Positions 50,389-60,921 of a DNA stretch of 64,000 bases are shown one piece after another. The notes beneath the pieces were generated by a model. The model had not been told where the DNA came from. It did not search any database and saw nothing but the letters and a program-made list of their open reading frames with translations. Made by a program: the position numbers and the translations under genes. Within the stretch, counting starts at the first letter, position 1, and every line of letters starts with the position of its first letter. This DNA comes from an uncultured delta proteobacterium (lineage in GTDB: Bacteria > Desulfobacterota > Desulfobacteria > Desulfobacterales > JAHEIW01), in assembly GCA_963706575.1 (NCBI GenBank), contig CAVPNL010000008.1:295987-359986 (forward strand), in the 5' to 3' direction.

Positions 50389-53187
50389 ATGGATTACAAA
50401 AAGTCGCTCAACCTGCCTAAGACAAAATTTCCCATGAAGGCAAATCTTTCGAAGCGTGAACCCGAACAGCTCAAGAAGTGGGAAGAAATGGGTTTGCATG
50501 ATCAGATCAGAAAATCATCAAAAGGCCGGGAGCCCTTCATTTTGCACGATGGGCCGCCTTATGCCAACGGTAATATTCACATCGGCACTGCGCTGAATAA
50601 AATCCTGAAAGACATCATCGTTCGCTCCAGACAGATGGCGGGTTATGACGCCGTTTATGTGCCGGGCTGGGACTGTCACGGGCTTCCAATCGAGCATAAT
50701 GTGGATATTGAAATCGGAGAGAAAAAGAAAGATCTCTCTTTAGCGGATATTCGACGGCTTTGCAGGCAGTATGCCGAAAAATTCATTGATATTCAGCGCA
50801 ATGAGTTTAAGCGCCTGGGTGTTATGGGGGACTGGGAAAATCCCTATTTGACTATGAATTATCGATATGAAGCCATTATCGCCCGGGAATGCGGTAAGTT
50901 TGCTCAAAATAAGAGCCTGTTTCGCAGTAAAAAACCGATCTACTGGTGCTTTAAGTGCCAGACAGCGCTGGCCGAAGCAGAGATTGAGTATCATGACGAA
51001 TCCGCACCGTCGATTTTTGTAAAATTCCAAATGCACGACGACCTTAGTTGCGATTACCCTGAGCTGAAAGGAAAAGACGTCTACGTCGTAATCTGGACGA
51101 CCACGCCCTGGACCCTTCCGGCGAATCTGGCTATCGCACTGCATCCGGATTTTGAATATGTGGCTGTTGATGTCGGCAACAATGAAGTTTTCATTCTGGC
51201 ACGCGAGTTGATGGAATACGACATGCAAACCTTCGGGATTTCAGATTACGCAGCAATCGCCGATATCGATGTCAAATTCCTGGAACATAAGCGCTGCCGC
51301 CATCCGATGGTGGAGCGGGACTCGATCATTATTCTCGGTGATCATGTTACACTGGAAGCCGGTACCGGATGCGTTCACACGGCTCCCGGACACGGGCGCG
51401 AGGATTATGAAGTGGGCCTTGAATATGGTCTGGATGTATATTCCCCGGTAGATGACAACGGGTGTTTTACCGATGAGGTTGAGTTTTTCCAGGGACAATT
51501 TGTTTTCGATGCCAACAAAAATATCAATAAGAAGCTCGATGAAATCGGAGCGATGGTTGCCGAAGGCAGCATCGAACACAGCTATCCGCATTGCTGGCGC
51601 TGCAAGAAACCGGTAATTTTCAGGGCAACGCCCCAATGGTTCATCTCGATGGACAAAACAGGCCTGCGCCGGGATTCCTTGACATCCATTGACACAGTCA
51701 CCTGGATCCCGCACTGGGGGCGCGATCGGATTTACGGCATGATTGAAAATCGTCCGGACTGGTGTGTTTCCAGGCAACGGGCCTGGGGGGTACCCATTAC
51801 CGTTTTTTATTGCCAGGACTGTGAAACCATTCTGCTGGATCAAAAAATTATGGAGGAGGTTTACGCACAATTTGAAAAGCACGGAGCCGATATCTGGTTT
51901 GAAAAAGACATTTCTTATTTTCTTAAGGATGAGGTAAAGTGTTCATCTTGCGGCAGCAAAAATTTTGTCAAAGAGAATGACATCCTCGACGTCTGGTTTG
52001 ACTCAGGAGTGAGCCATGCGGCTGTGCTGGAGGCTAGAGAAAACCTGCGATGGCCGGCAGATCTTTATCTGGAGGGTAGTGATCAGCACCGGGGCTGGTT
52101 TCACAGCGCGCTTTTGACTGCGGTCGGCACCCGCAAGCGGGCACCCTACAAGGCGGTGCTGACTCATGGTTTTGTGGTGGATGCCGATGGGAAAAAAATG
52201 TCCAAGTCCCTGGGCAATGTTATCGCCCCCAGTGAGGTAATCGACAAATACGGCGCAGAGATTTTACGGCTGTGGGTGTCGGCTACGGATTACAGGGAAG
52301 ATATTCGTATCTCAGAAAATATTTTAAAGCAGTTAAGCGACGCGTATCGGCGAATCCGGAATACCAGCCGCTTTATGCTGGGCAATCTGATGGACTTCGA
52401 TCCGACTGTAGATGAAGTTTCTTACGATGCCATGCCGGAGATTGACCGGTTTGCGCTGCACAAGCTTCAGGGCATGATCACAAAGGCGCTTAAAGCCTAT
52501 GATGAGTATGAGTATCATATTATCTACCATGCGCTTCATAATTATTGCACACTTGATCTATCTGCTTTTTATCTAGACATTCTCAAAGACCGGCTATATA
52601 CTTCGCCGCCGAAATCAGATGCCCGGAAAAGCGCCCAGACCGTTATGTATTTTTTGCTGGATTCTCTGGCACGGATAATGGCGCCGCTTCTTCCTTTTAC
52701 TGCCGAGGAAATCTGGGAGTACATGCCGGCCCACAGCGATAAGTCGCCAAGTGTTCACCTGACTTCGTTGCCCGAGGTAAACAGTCAGTGGAAGAATGAG
52801 AATCTGGCACAAAAATGGGAGGCGATTTTGAATGTGCGGGCAGAGGCTACCAAAGCGCTGGAAGAAGCCCGGGCTGCCAAGCAAATCGGGCATCCGCTTG
52901 ATGCAGCGGTTACCATTTCTGCCAAAGAAGACTTATACAACCTCCTGCAACCGTATGCAGAGGATTTAAGATTCATATTTATCGTCTCGAGCGTTTCACT
53001 GCATAAGGATAAAGGGCTTGACGGCAGCTATGAAAGCGAGAAAGTAGAGGGATTAGCGATTAAGATTGAAGCTGCGCGTGGTGAAAAGTGTGAACGCTGC
53101 TGGATTCATGAATTGTCTGTCGGTTCTGACAGCGAACATCCAACCATCTGCGAACGCTGTAAGAAGGCGCTGGCGGAGATATCATAG
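50389..53187 (+). CDS. ileS: Isoleucine--tRNA ligase
   Basis: [37 protein letters not shown]-terminal CERC..CERC zinc finger. Confidence 0.98.
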   Translation: MDYKKSLNLPKTKFPMKANLSKREPEQLKKWEEMGLHDQIRKSSKGREPFILHDGPPYANGNIHIGTALNKILKDIIVRSRQMAGYDAVYVPGWDCHGLPIEHNVDIEIGEKKKDLSLADIRRLCRQYAEKFIDIQRNEFKRLGVMGDWENPYLTMNYRYEAIIARECGKFAQNKSLFRSKKPIYWCFKCQTALAEAEIEYHDESAPSIFVKFQMHDDLSCDYPELKGKDVYVVIWTTTPWTLPANLAIALHPDFEYVAVDVGNNEVFILARELMEYDMQTFGISDYAAIADIDVKFLEHKRCRHPMVERDSIIILGDHVTLEAGTGCVHTAPGHGREDYEVGLEYGLDVYSPVDDNGCFTDEVEFFQGQFVFDANKNINKKLDEIGAMVAEGSIEHSYPHCWRCKKPVIFRATPQWFISMDKTGLRRDSLTSIDTVTWIPHWGRDRIYGMIENRPDWCVSRQRAWGVPITVFYCQDCETILLDQKIMEEVYAQFEKHGADIWFEKDISYFLKDEVKCSSCGSKNFVKENDILDVWFDSGVSHAAVLEARENLRWPADLYLEGSDQHRGWFHSALLTAVGTRKRAPYKAVLTHGFVVDADGKKMSKSLGNVIAPSEVIDKYGAEILRLWVSATDYREDIRISENILKQLSDAYRRIRNTSRFMLGNLMDFDPTVDEVSYDAMPEIDRFALHKLQGMITKALKAYDEYEYHIIYHALHNYCTLDLSAFYLDILKDRLYTSPPKSDARKSAQTVMYFLLDSLARIMAPLLPFTAEEIWEYMPAHSDKSPSVHLTSLPEVNSQWKNENLAQKWEAILNVRAEATKALEEARAAKQIGHPLDAAVTISAKEDLYNLLQPYAEDLRFIFIVSSVSLHKDKGLDGSYESEKVEGLAIKIEAARGEKCERCWIHELSVGSDSEHPTICERCKKALAEIS

Positions 53188-53342
53188 GTTCAGGGTTCAG
53201 GGGTTCAAAGGTTCAGAGGTTAGCTATCAGAAGACAGATAACAGAGGCCAGATGACAGATGAAAACTGAGAGTAGGGCAGCCTCCGCGGATGCCTAACCC
53301 TCGGAAACCCTGAACGCTGAACCCAGAACCTCTGAACCTTTT
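53186..53342. repeat. Nested palindrome GGTTCAG/CTGAACC with inner ACAGA units, between ileS and lspA
   Basis: Same units at 1-40 and 45038-45126. Confidence 0.75.
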
Positions 53343-53350
53343 AAAAAAAT

Positions 53351-53836
53351 ATGCTGAAGAACAAATATATAAAGTTGGTGGTTATCGCCGGGGCTGTTAT
53401 TTTGCTGGATCAGTTCACCAAATGGCTCATTCTGCGTTACCTGCCATTTAATCATAACATATCGGTTAGTAATGGTTTCTTTAACATTACCCATATCCAC
53501 AATCCGGGCGGTGCCTTTGGGCTGATGGCGAATCTGAGTCCGACTCTGCGGAGCATTATTTTTCTTTTTATATCTTCGCTGGCAGTCGGTTTAATTTTTT
53601 ATTTTTATAAAAAAACACCAGCGCAATATTCCTGGCTGACTGCGGCATTTGCACTGATTTTTGGAGGTGCCATTGGTAACCTGATCGATCGGATTCGTTT
53701 TGGAATAGTGATCGATTTTCTTGATTTTTTTGTCGGCAACCTGCATTGGCCGGCATTCAATATCGCCGATAGTGCGATTTCCATAGGAATTGGTATCTTC
53801 TTATACCATCTGATGTTCAAAAAATTGCCGGAGTAA
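53351..53836 (+). CDS. lspA: Signal peptidase II
   Basis: DQFTK, NPGGAFG, GGAIGNLIDR, VIDF, FNIAD. Confidence 0.96.
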   Translation: MLKNKYIKLVVIAGAVILLDQFTKWLILRYLPFNHNISVSNGFFNITHIHNPGGAFGLMANLSPTLRSIIFLFISSLAVGLIFYFYKKTPAQYSWLTAAFALIFGGAIGNLIDRIRFGIVIDFLDFFVGNLHWPAFNIADSAISIGIGIFLYHLMFKKLPE

Positions 53837-53985
53837 TTTAATGTTAGAGGATAGAGGTTAGAGGCAAATAAAAGGATGGCCTCAAACCTTAAGCACAGCG
53901 CTCCTCAAACTCCATGCGCTGGCTCTGCGTGTAATTTTTCTTATTTTGACCAATCAAAAGATTTAATATTTGTCTCATAACCACG

Positions 53986-55470
53986 ATGCCAGAAATTAGT
54001 CATAAATTACTTAAAAAATATTTAAAGGACTTGAAAAGCGGTTCCGCTAAAGAATTCGTTGCGGTGTATCTGCTATTTGGCGAAGAGTTGCTGGTAAAAA
54101 ATGCCTATGACGAACTTCTGAATGCCTTGCTTCCTTCAGGGAACCGAAGCGCAAATTACGATCCTGTGGAAGGAACTACAGAATACGTCTATGACGTGAT
54201 CGAAAGGGTCAACACGTTTTCACTTTTGCCCGGCACGAAGGTGGTAGCAATGCGGGAATCAAGGATATTTTATACCCGGGATAATAAAAGCAGACTGCTG
54301 GAAAATGCTAAGAAAGCTTACGATGACGATGACATTAACAAAGCCGCAAAATACTTCTTGAGCCTAATGAGCAATCTAAACCTGTCGTTTGAAGACGTTG
54401 ATCGTTCCAACAGATTAAAAACCTTGAAATCAGCGTCTGACCTGGTACAGATCGATGATTGGCTGGACGAAGTGATCGGGTACTGTCAGGAAAATGAGTT
54501 GGATATACCGGAACCTTCAGATCAGGCCGGTGCACTTCAAAAAGCGATAGAGAAAGGCTTCCCCCAAAATAATCATTTGGTTATCACCACCGACATTGTT
54601 GATAAACGGCGCGGCCTGTATAAAGCCATATCCAACCTGGGTGTGACAATTGATTGCACGGTCCCCAAAGGTGATCGCCGGGCGGATAAGATGGCGCAGG
54701 AAGATATCCTGGTTCAAAAAATGACTGAAATCCTGAAGCCGAGCAACAAACAAATGGACAAAGGCGCTTACCTGGCACTGGTGGATATGACCGGTTTTGA
54801 TTTGCGCACATTTTGCGGCAGTCTTGAAAAGCTCATCGACTACGTCGGTGAACGAAATACAATCACGGTGGAAGATGTTGAATCGGTTTTGAAACGCACC
54901 AAGAAAGATCCGATTTATGATTTTACAAACGCCGTTGCGGACCGCCAGATTGAAAAGGTGCTCTTTTTTTTAAATTCTCTGCTTGCAGCCGATTTTCATG
55001 CGCTGCAGATTTTGGCCGCTGTTGCAAACCAGGTCCGGCGGTTGACGCTCGCCAAGGATTTTGCAGAAAGCAAACAGGCAGCGGGTTGGCATGCCGGCCT
55101 TTCCTTTAATGCCTTCCAGCAAAGTGTTATGCCGGCCATCGTGGCCTATGATCAGGAATTGCTAAAAATACTGGAAGGCTGGGATAATCCGGCGTCCTCT
55201 TCCGGCGATATCGATAAACCGCCTGCCGGGGATAAAGGAAAGAAAATTCAAACGGATCTATTGCTTGCCAGAAACCCGAAAAATGCTTATCCGGTATACC
55301 AGCTTATGAAAAAATCGGAGCGTTACTCGAAAACCGAACTATTGGCAGCCGTCGGTTTGTTAAACGAAACCGATACTCAGCTCAAATTAAGCGGTCAGGA
55401 TCCAAAGCTTATTCTGGAAAGATTGGTCTTCAAGTTATGCCATCGCCAGATGAGTTCAAAGGCAAGCTGA
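53986..55470 (+). CDS. holA: DNA polymerase III delta subunit (long form)
   Basis: VYLLFGEE, LEKLIDYVG, IYDFTNAV, D..LKLSG.DPKLILERLV. Confidence 0.8.
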   Translation: MPEISHKLLKKYLKDLKSGSAKEFVAVYLLFGEELLVKNAYDELLNALLPSGNRSANYDPVEGTTEYVYDVIERVNTFSLLPGTKVVAMRESRIFYTRDNKSRLLENAKKAYDDDDINKAAKYFLSLMSNLNLSFEDVDRSNRLKTLKSASDLVQIDDWLDEVIGYCQENELDIPEPSDQAGALQKAIEKGFPQNNHLVITTDIVDKRRGLYKAISNLGVTIDCTVPKGDRRADKMAQEDILVQKMTEILKPSNKQMDKGAYLALVDMTGFDLRTFCGSLEKLIDYVGERNTITVEDVESVLKRTKKDPIYDFTNAVADRQIEKVLFFLNSLLAADFHALQILAAVANQVRRLTLAKDFAESKQAAGWHAGLSFNAFQQSVMPAIVAYDQELLKILEGWDNPASSSGDIDKPPAGDKGKKIQTDLLLARNPKNAYPVYQLMKKSERYSKTELLAAVGLLNETDTQLKLSGQDPKLILERLVFKLCHRQMSSKAS

Positions 55471-55485
55471 TTCGGAGCAGGTAAA

Positions 55486-55692
55486 ATGGGTTTTTTCAGA
55501 CAACAAGAAGAACGGATGGCCATGCGATTTTTGGCATGGCGCTATCAAAAATTGAAAAAGCCAATCCCTGATGATGGCGAGCTCAAACTGCAGGCAGCCC
55601 AAATTGTGGCGGAAGCCCACCGGATTGCCCGTGAGCGCGGGCGAAATGTGATTGCCATTATTAAAGATCTCGTCGAGGACATAAAGAAATAG
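55486..55692 (+). CDS. Small hypothetical protein
   Basis: GGAG SD; operon-like position after holA. Confidence 0.65.
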   Translation: MGFFRQQEERMAMRFLAWRYQKLKKPIPDDGELKLQAAQIVAEAHRIARERGRNVIAIIKDLVEDIKK

Positions 55693-55734
55693 TTTATTGA
55701 TTTTATTTAAAACTTACTTCAGGAGGAATGCAAA

Positions 55735-56004
55735 ATGGAAACGGTAGATGAGTGGGCGGAACAGTTAACTTGCGCAACCGAGTGCACCCGATGCGATAAA
55801 AAAATGGGGGCGGATGATCAAAGAATTTTATCAGTTTATGATCATCAAACCATCTGTATGGATTGTAAAAGCCAAGAGGAGCAGCGGCCGGATTACGAAG
55901 ACGTGACCAAGAACATGATCGGGCAGTGTTTGATCGATACCGAAATGAAGTGGGGTGATCCGCAGGGGTTTTGCTATCATCATTTTTACCCCTACAAATG
56001 CTAA
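55735..56004 (+). CDS. Small Cys-rich hypothetical protein
   Basis: AGGAGG SD; CATECTRC..CMDC..C..C..C. Confidence 0.7.
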   Translation: METVDEWAEQLTCATECTRCDKKMGADDQRILSVYDHQTICMDCKSQEEQRPDYEDVTKNMIGQCLIDTEMKWGDPQGFCYHHFYPYKC

Positions 56005-56131
56005 AAAGAGAAAAATGCCTGGAGAGCGAATGCCACCGTCGGTCAAATTCGGCAATGGGTCTTTTTCGAAAATTAGAATAATCGGCAGATAAAATTTAGA
56101 ATGCGCCATCAGCGCCTATCGGGTAACTGGA

Positions 56132-57151
56132 ATGCCGGCAGAACATAATAACAAAACTGAAAACACCAACACGCTTTTTCCGTTTGCTGCTGTTGTCAAC
56201 CAGGAAAAAGCGAAAGAAGCTTTACTGCTGGCTGTCATCAATCCGGCTGTGCATGGGGTTCTATTTTTAGGCGAAAAGGGCACAGGCAAAACAACACTGG
56301 TTCGTAGTTTATCAACTCTATTGCCGGAAACTCAGGTCATTGATCTGCCTTTAGGCTCTGGCGAGGAGATGGTTCTCGGTACGGTGGATGCCGAAAAAGC
56401 GCTGGCCACCGGTAAGATATCTGTCAAGCCGGGCATTTTGGCAAGGGCCGACGGCCACGTGTTGTATATCGATGAAGTGAACCTGCTTGCGGATCATCTA
56501 ATGGATATTATCCTGGATGCCGCAGCAACCGGCCAATATCGGCTGGAGCGCGAGGGAATCTCTTCCAGTAATGCCGCCCGATTTATTCTCGTAGGATCAA
56601 TGAATCCCGAAGAGGGCTGGCTACGCCCGCAGCTTTTGGATCGTTTCGGTCTCGCTGTTCACATAAGCGCCATATCATCGGTGAAGAAGCGGGCCGAAGT
56701 TTTCAATCGCGCCCAGGCCTTTGTGACGGATTCCCGAGCTTTTGTACAATCCTACCAACAAGATCAACTAGAAATTACAGAAAAGCTGCGGCAATCCAGA
56801 AAAAGACTAACGAAAGTCACCATTCCGGATCAACTTACCAACAAAACGATCGAAACGATTTTGCAGTTAGGCGTCAAGACGCACCGGGCGGAGTTGGCCA
56901 TATTACAAGGGGCCAAAGCCCGGGCCGCCTGGTATGAACGTGACTCCGTATCCTGGGAGGACATTCAAACGGTAATGCCGCTGGCGCTCCAGCACCGAAT
57001 AACAACAGTGGACATCCAGAGTCCGGTTACCTGGGACTTGCTCAACGAACGTCTGTTGGAAATAAACAGCAAGGCCAAGAATGAAGACAAAAAAGGCTGG
57101 TTACCCTCCCCATTTTACCGAAAAAAAAAAGCCGAAACGCGGCGCAATTGA
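56132..57151 (+). CDS. Mg/Co-chelatase ChlI/BchI-like AAA+ domain (5' part of a frameshifted chlD-type gene)
   Basis: FPFAAVV.QE, GEKGTGKT, LYIDEVNLL, GSMNPEEG.LRPQLLDRFGL. Confidence 0.9.
   Translation: MPAEHNNKTENTNTLFPFAAVVNQEKAKEALLLAVINPAVHGVLFLGEKGTGKTTLVRSLSTLLPETQVIDLPLGSGEEMVLGTVDAEKALATGKISVKPGILARADGHVLYIDEVNLLADHLMDIILDAAATGQYRLEREGISSSNAARFILVGSMNPEEGWLRPQLLDRFGLAVHISAISSVKKRAEVFNRAQAFVTDSRAFVQSYQQDQLEITEKLRQSRKRLTKVTIPDQLTNKTIETILQLGVKTHRAELAILQGAKARAAWYERDSVSWEDIQTVMPLALQHRITTVDIQSPVTWDLLNERLLEINSKAKNEDKKGWLPSPFYRKKKAETRRN
57121..57143 (+). other. Candidate -1 programmed frameshift site: A10 run followed by a GCCG-AAACG-CGGC hairpin
   Basis: 0-frame CGA AAA AAA AAA GCC stops at 57151; the -1 frame is open from the A run into the VWA ORF. 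Confidence 0.7.
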
Positions 57152-57936
57152 CGCAATCAAAAAGCGCTCAAGGTTCTATCCCAATGACAGATGGTCGGAC
57201 CGCGGATTCGGCTTTTAAAAAAAGCTCGCCTGAGTATCATATTCCAATTCACCCATCCAGAACGGACGCATTCAAATCCCACGGCCGGGCGCGTGCCCGT
57301 AAAACGGCAGTTGCTGCTTTTGGCAAAAAGCAGTCCAATCAGCTCTGGCATACCGGCCCGGTTGACAGTCTGGCCACGATTTTCCACGCCTGGCGATGGG
57401 GTCGTGAGCGGCCCGTTGTTGCAGACCTTATGATGCCCGTGTATACATCGCCTCAGCAGCGTCTCGTGATTTTTTTACTGGATGTGAGTGATTCCATGTC
57501 GGAAACCGTGGATTTAATGCGTCTGTGGATGGCAAAATCCATGGGCGAGGCTTATTTTCGCAGGGATCCGATTGCCATCATAACGGTTCAGGGAGCAGGG
57601 GCCAAATTGCTTGTTCATCCGACCACCAGCATTCATTTTGTTTTGCATCGGCTCACGTCCGTTATTGTGGGAGGGGCCACACCACTGGATCAAGGCCTGC
57701 TAATGGTTGGCCGAATGATTAGACAATGGCACAATCGTTATCGCGTAGTCGATCTTATTGTAATCAGCGATGGTCGCTCGACAGGCGCCCTGGCAGATCC
57801 GAACATATCAGCATCGTTAGCCCTTATCAGAAAATTTGTTCGCGAAGCCCTGGTCATTAACCCCATCCCAATAGCAGATCGATTTGCCAGAGCCTTCGCT
57901 TCACTTATCGGTGCCCAACACTTTACCACTGAATAA
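57148..57936 (+). CDS. ChlD-like VWA domain (3' part, in the -1 frame)
   Basis: FLLDVSDSM MIDAS motif, AYFRRD, GGATPL..GL, VISDGR. Confidence 0.85.
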   Translation: MTQSKSAQGSIPMTDGRTADSAFKKSSPEYHIPIHPSRTDAFKSHGRARARKTAVAAFGKKQSNQLWHTGPVDSLATIFHAWRWGRERPVVADLMMPVYTSPQQRLVIFLLDVSDSMSETVDLMRLWMAKSMGEAYFRRDPIAIITVQGAGAKLLVHPTTSIHFVLHRLTSVIVGGATPLDQGLLMVGRMIRQWHNRYRVVDLIVISDGRSTGALADPNISASLALIRKFVREALVINPIPIADRFARAFASLIGAQHFTTE

Positions 57937-58147
57937 ACCGGAATCCTAAACGAATCCGGCAAACATGGTTATTTTTTGTTCCAATTAAATCGGCAATCCT
58001 CTAAAGCCTTCCATTTCATATCCCTAAAAATACGATAGTTGTATTTGTTTCAATATATCGGTACTCAGTTAATATTTAGTTTTCTGCTGTGCAAGCACGA
58101 TAACGAATATTGGGTGTTATCAATTAACCCTAAAGCGATACTATGTA

Positions 58148-58774
58148 ATGGATTACTTATCTACTATCGGTAGCATTGCTTTTATTTGGTTTCTGGTTGT
58201 AACCATACCCGGTCCAAATTTTGTTGTTGTCACGCAGGTCTCAATGTCAGAGTCGAGAAAAATGGGTTTTTTCATCGCTTTGGGTGTATCGATTGGTGCT
58301 GGCGTCTGGGCGTCTGCAAGTTTATTGGGTATAAGCGTGCTATTCAAATACGCAAGTTGGCTTTACGATGCAATTAAGGTTATTGGTGGTTGTTATTTGA
58401 TTTACATGGGCATAAAGACAATTTGGCATGCCATAAGACAGGAGGTTTTATCAGCTGACCTCGAAAAATCTATGAGTAACAATGTAGCAACTTTTCAAAA
58501 AGGGTTGTTTACAAGTTTTTCTAATCCTAAAACAGCTGCTTTTTTCGGAAGCCTGTTTCTATCAACTTTCCCAGCACAAGCAGCGTTTTGGTTCTATGTT
58601 GTAACTGTTTTAATCGTAATTGCAATTTCCATTCTCTGGTACTGTTTCGTCGCTTACTTTGTTTCTTTAAATAGGATTCAAATTATTTACAAAAGCGCAA
58701 AGCGAATATTAGATGTTGTAGCAGGATCATTGCTATTCTATTTAGGAGGCAAGCTGATATTAGGAAGAACTTAA
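58148..58774 (+). CDS. LysE/RhtB family translocator
   Basis: PGPNF, GGCYLIYMG, NPKTAAFF; AT-rich coding sequence. Confidence 0.9.
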   Translation: MDYLSTIGSIAFIWFLVVTIPGPNFVVVTQVSMSESRKMGFFIALGVSIGAGVWASASLLGISVLFKYASWLYDAIKVIGGCYLIYMGIKTIWHAIRQEVLSADLEKSMSNNVATFQKGLFTSFSNPKTAAFFGSLFLSTFPAQAAFWFYVVTVLIVIAISILWYCFVAYFVSLNRIQIIYKSAKRILDVVAGSLLFYLGGKLILGRT

Positions 58775-58995
58775 AGGCTTGAAGTCTGTGTTTGGATACT
58801 CACGAACTCCCTTATGTGTTGCAAGGAATTCATATATTTCCAGCTTGTCAAAGGTTTTTAAGGTCATATACAAATTGTGATATTCGAGAAAGTAGAAATG
58901 ATATCACAGAGTGCTCGTTTTGGTGATATTCTCAAATCTGCAATTTGCGATATTAAAAATTTTAGACTTCACCCGATGCATTTTAATCGAATAAA

Positions 58996-59440
58996 ATGAT
59001 GGAAAATAAAACAATATATAGAGTACTTATATTCGACGATTCAGAAGAAATTCGATCTTTATTATACGGCTTTTTCAATAAAAGAGGATATGAGGTTTTT
59101 TCTTTCCCTAATCCGGCCGTCTGTCCAATATCTCACGAAAAAATATGTCCCTGTCCAGCTGAAGTAGCTTGTTCAGATTTTATTTTATCAGACTTAGACA
59201 TGCCAGTTCAACAAGGTATAGATTTCTTAGAAGGGCAAATGCGTAAAGGTTGCAAGTGCAAAAATATGGCATTGATGTCTGGAGATTTTACCGAAAACGC
59301 TGTTGTACGAGCCAAATCTATTGGATTAATGCTTTTTAGAAAGCCTTTTGGTATCATAGAAATTTTAGAATGGATAGCAAGCAAAAGAAAAAACTATTGA
59401 CCCTGATAGAAAATTATCAGATTGGTTTCTTGAAAAATGA
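58996..59440 (+). pseudogene. Atypical receiver-domain protein with a Cys-rich insert; probable frameshift near 59380
   Basis: LIFDD, SDLDMP, MSG, KPF; an alternative frame continues KEKTIDPDRKLSDWFLEK* to 59440. Confidence 0.6.
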
Positions 59441-59617
59441 GTATGATATCACAAGCGAAGATGTTTCTTTGATCAATAAATCAGTAGTTCTCTGATGGTT
59501 GATCTTCTTACAAGGACTTACAGCTGTTTTTCTTTAATTTCAAAAGAAAATATTCTATGATTCTTTAAACTTTATATTCCTGCGAATTATGAATTAAGTA
59601 GGTTGGGATTGCTCAAA

Positions 59618-59836
59618 ATGAAAGAAAAAAAAATTTTAAAAGAGGCAAGAATAAGTGACCCTTATGTTGACCGTCGCTCTGGTGAAGATAGACGGCAGGT
59701 TTATAACGCAGATTATTTTCAAAATGGGGGATTGGAAAGAAGAAGTGGTAAAGAGCGAAGGCGAGACTACGAAAGACGGAAGGATTGTACAAGAGTAAGC
59801 GACTGGTCAAGTATCTGTTCGGTTGATAAGGACTAA
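59618..59836 (+). CDS. Small protein with (D/E)RRSGxxRR repeats
   Basis: DRRSGEDRR, ERRSGKERR, ERR; ends RVSDWSSIC. Confidence 0.7.
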   Translation: MKEKKILKEARISDPYVDRRSGEDRRQVYNADYFQNGGLERRSGKERRRDYERRKDCTRVSDWSSICSVDKD

Positions 59837-60241
59837 TTTCTGAATTATCCAATAATCGCTAAACATAATTCTTAAGAATCAGTTCCTTTAAGGCCGAGAT
59901 ACTTCTAAAGACTGTCGACAACCCTACCTTGATTTCAATTTCCACTTAATTCAATATATTACATGATTGTTTGCTATAGAAAAAAACAATTCTAAAAAGC
60001 TTTATAACTATCTTTATTAAGAATAGTTATTATTGTAATTAAGATTTAACTCTGCTATCTTTCGTCTGATTTTATCACTATTCAATTGGCCTTCCTTTTT
60101 TGGATCCTCAAATAGATGGTATAAATCGTTTCTGAACTATTCGCTAACACTTAATTTGTAATATCTAAGCAATTGCTTGCAAACTAAGTTGGTAATTCGC
60201 GAAAATTCTTATCGTCCCTCCTAGAAAGTACCATTTAAAAA

Positions 60242-60556
60242 ATGAATAAATGCCCAAGATGTAACCTACCGCAAAATGGACTTTATAAATGTCAATATTG
60301 TGGTTTTGACCTAAAAAAATATAACAAAAAGCCCACCACAATAATCCGAAAAAGGTTGAAAGATATCATTAGCGGATTTAAAAAAGGCCAGATAGTTTCA
60401 AGCAATAAAAAAAGCAATGTCCGCTCTATGAATTATGCTGGGAAGGCGAAAAAAAGTACAGATCATTTTGGAAGCCGCTCGGGAACTGATAGGCGACAAA
60501 AGAAAAATACAACCTATTTTCCCGAAAGAAGATCAGGCATGGACCGGAGAAAATGA
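60242..60556 (+). CDS. Small zinc-ribbon protein with RSGxDRR repeats
   Basis: CPRC..CQYCG N-terminus; RSGTDRR and ERRSGMDRR. Confidence 0.6.
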   Translation: MNKCPRCNLPQNGLYKCQYCGFDLKKYNKKPTTIIRKRLKDIISGFKKGQIVSSNKKSNVRSMNYAGKAKKSTDHFGSRSGTDRRQKKNTTYFPERRSGMDRRK

Positions 60557-60782
60557 TTTGATCTTAGAAGCTCAATTGCAAGAAAAAGAGGGTTCTAGAG
60601 CAGAGTTAGTCTAAATCCTCGAGAATCATACACCATAAAGCACAGGGACACATTCAGAAAACAATCTTAAAATAAATGCCAATTATTTAGGAAGTGCAAT
60701 TAAAATCTTTGATTACTTGTATGTTTCCTCGAACTTTCCTAAAAATCTAAGCAACGTGTAAGAGTCTGTTTGATAATCAACC

Positions 60783-60916
60783 GTGGTGTAGCAGACCGAT
60801 AGGTATCAGGTCTTTTAAGACCGAGTTGGAGCGCGGGTCGCTACACTACCTCCCATCTAACCCGAACGGTTGCAGGGGCATTGTAGCCCGCATGTTGCAA
60901 GACCGGGTACTGGAGG
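60783..60916 (+). ncRNA. Predicted IS110 bridge RNA (target-binding and donor-binding loops)
   Basis: Two stem/internal-loop/hairpin modules; loop AGTTGGAG complements right flank CTCCAACT; loop ACGGTTGC equals the element's right end. Confidence 0.8.
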
Positions 60917-60921
60917 ATGTC

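Noticed and set aside
59398..59406. Sec readthrough at the receiver-gene TGA
   Set aside because: Followed at once by further stops; better explained by a frameshift
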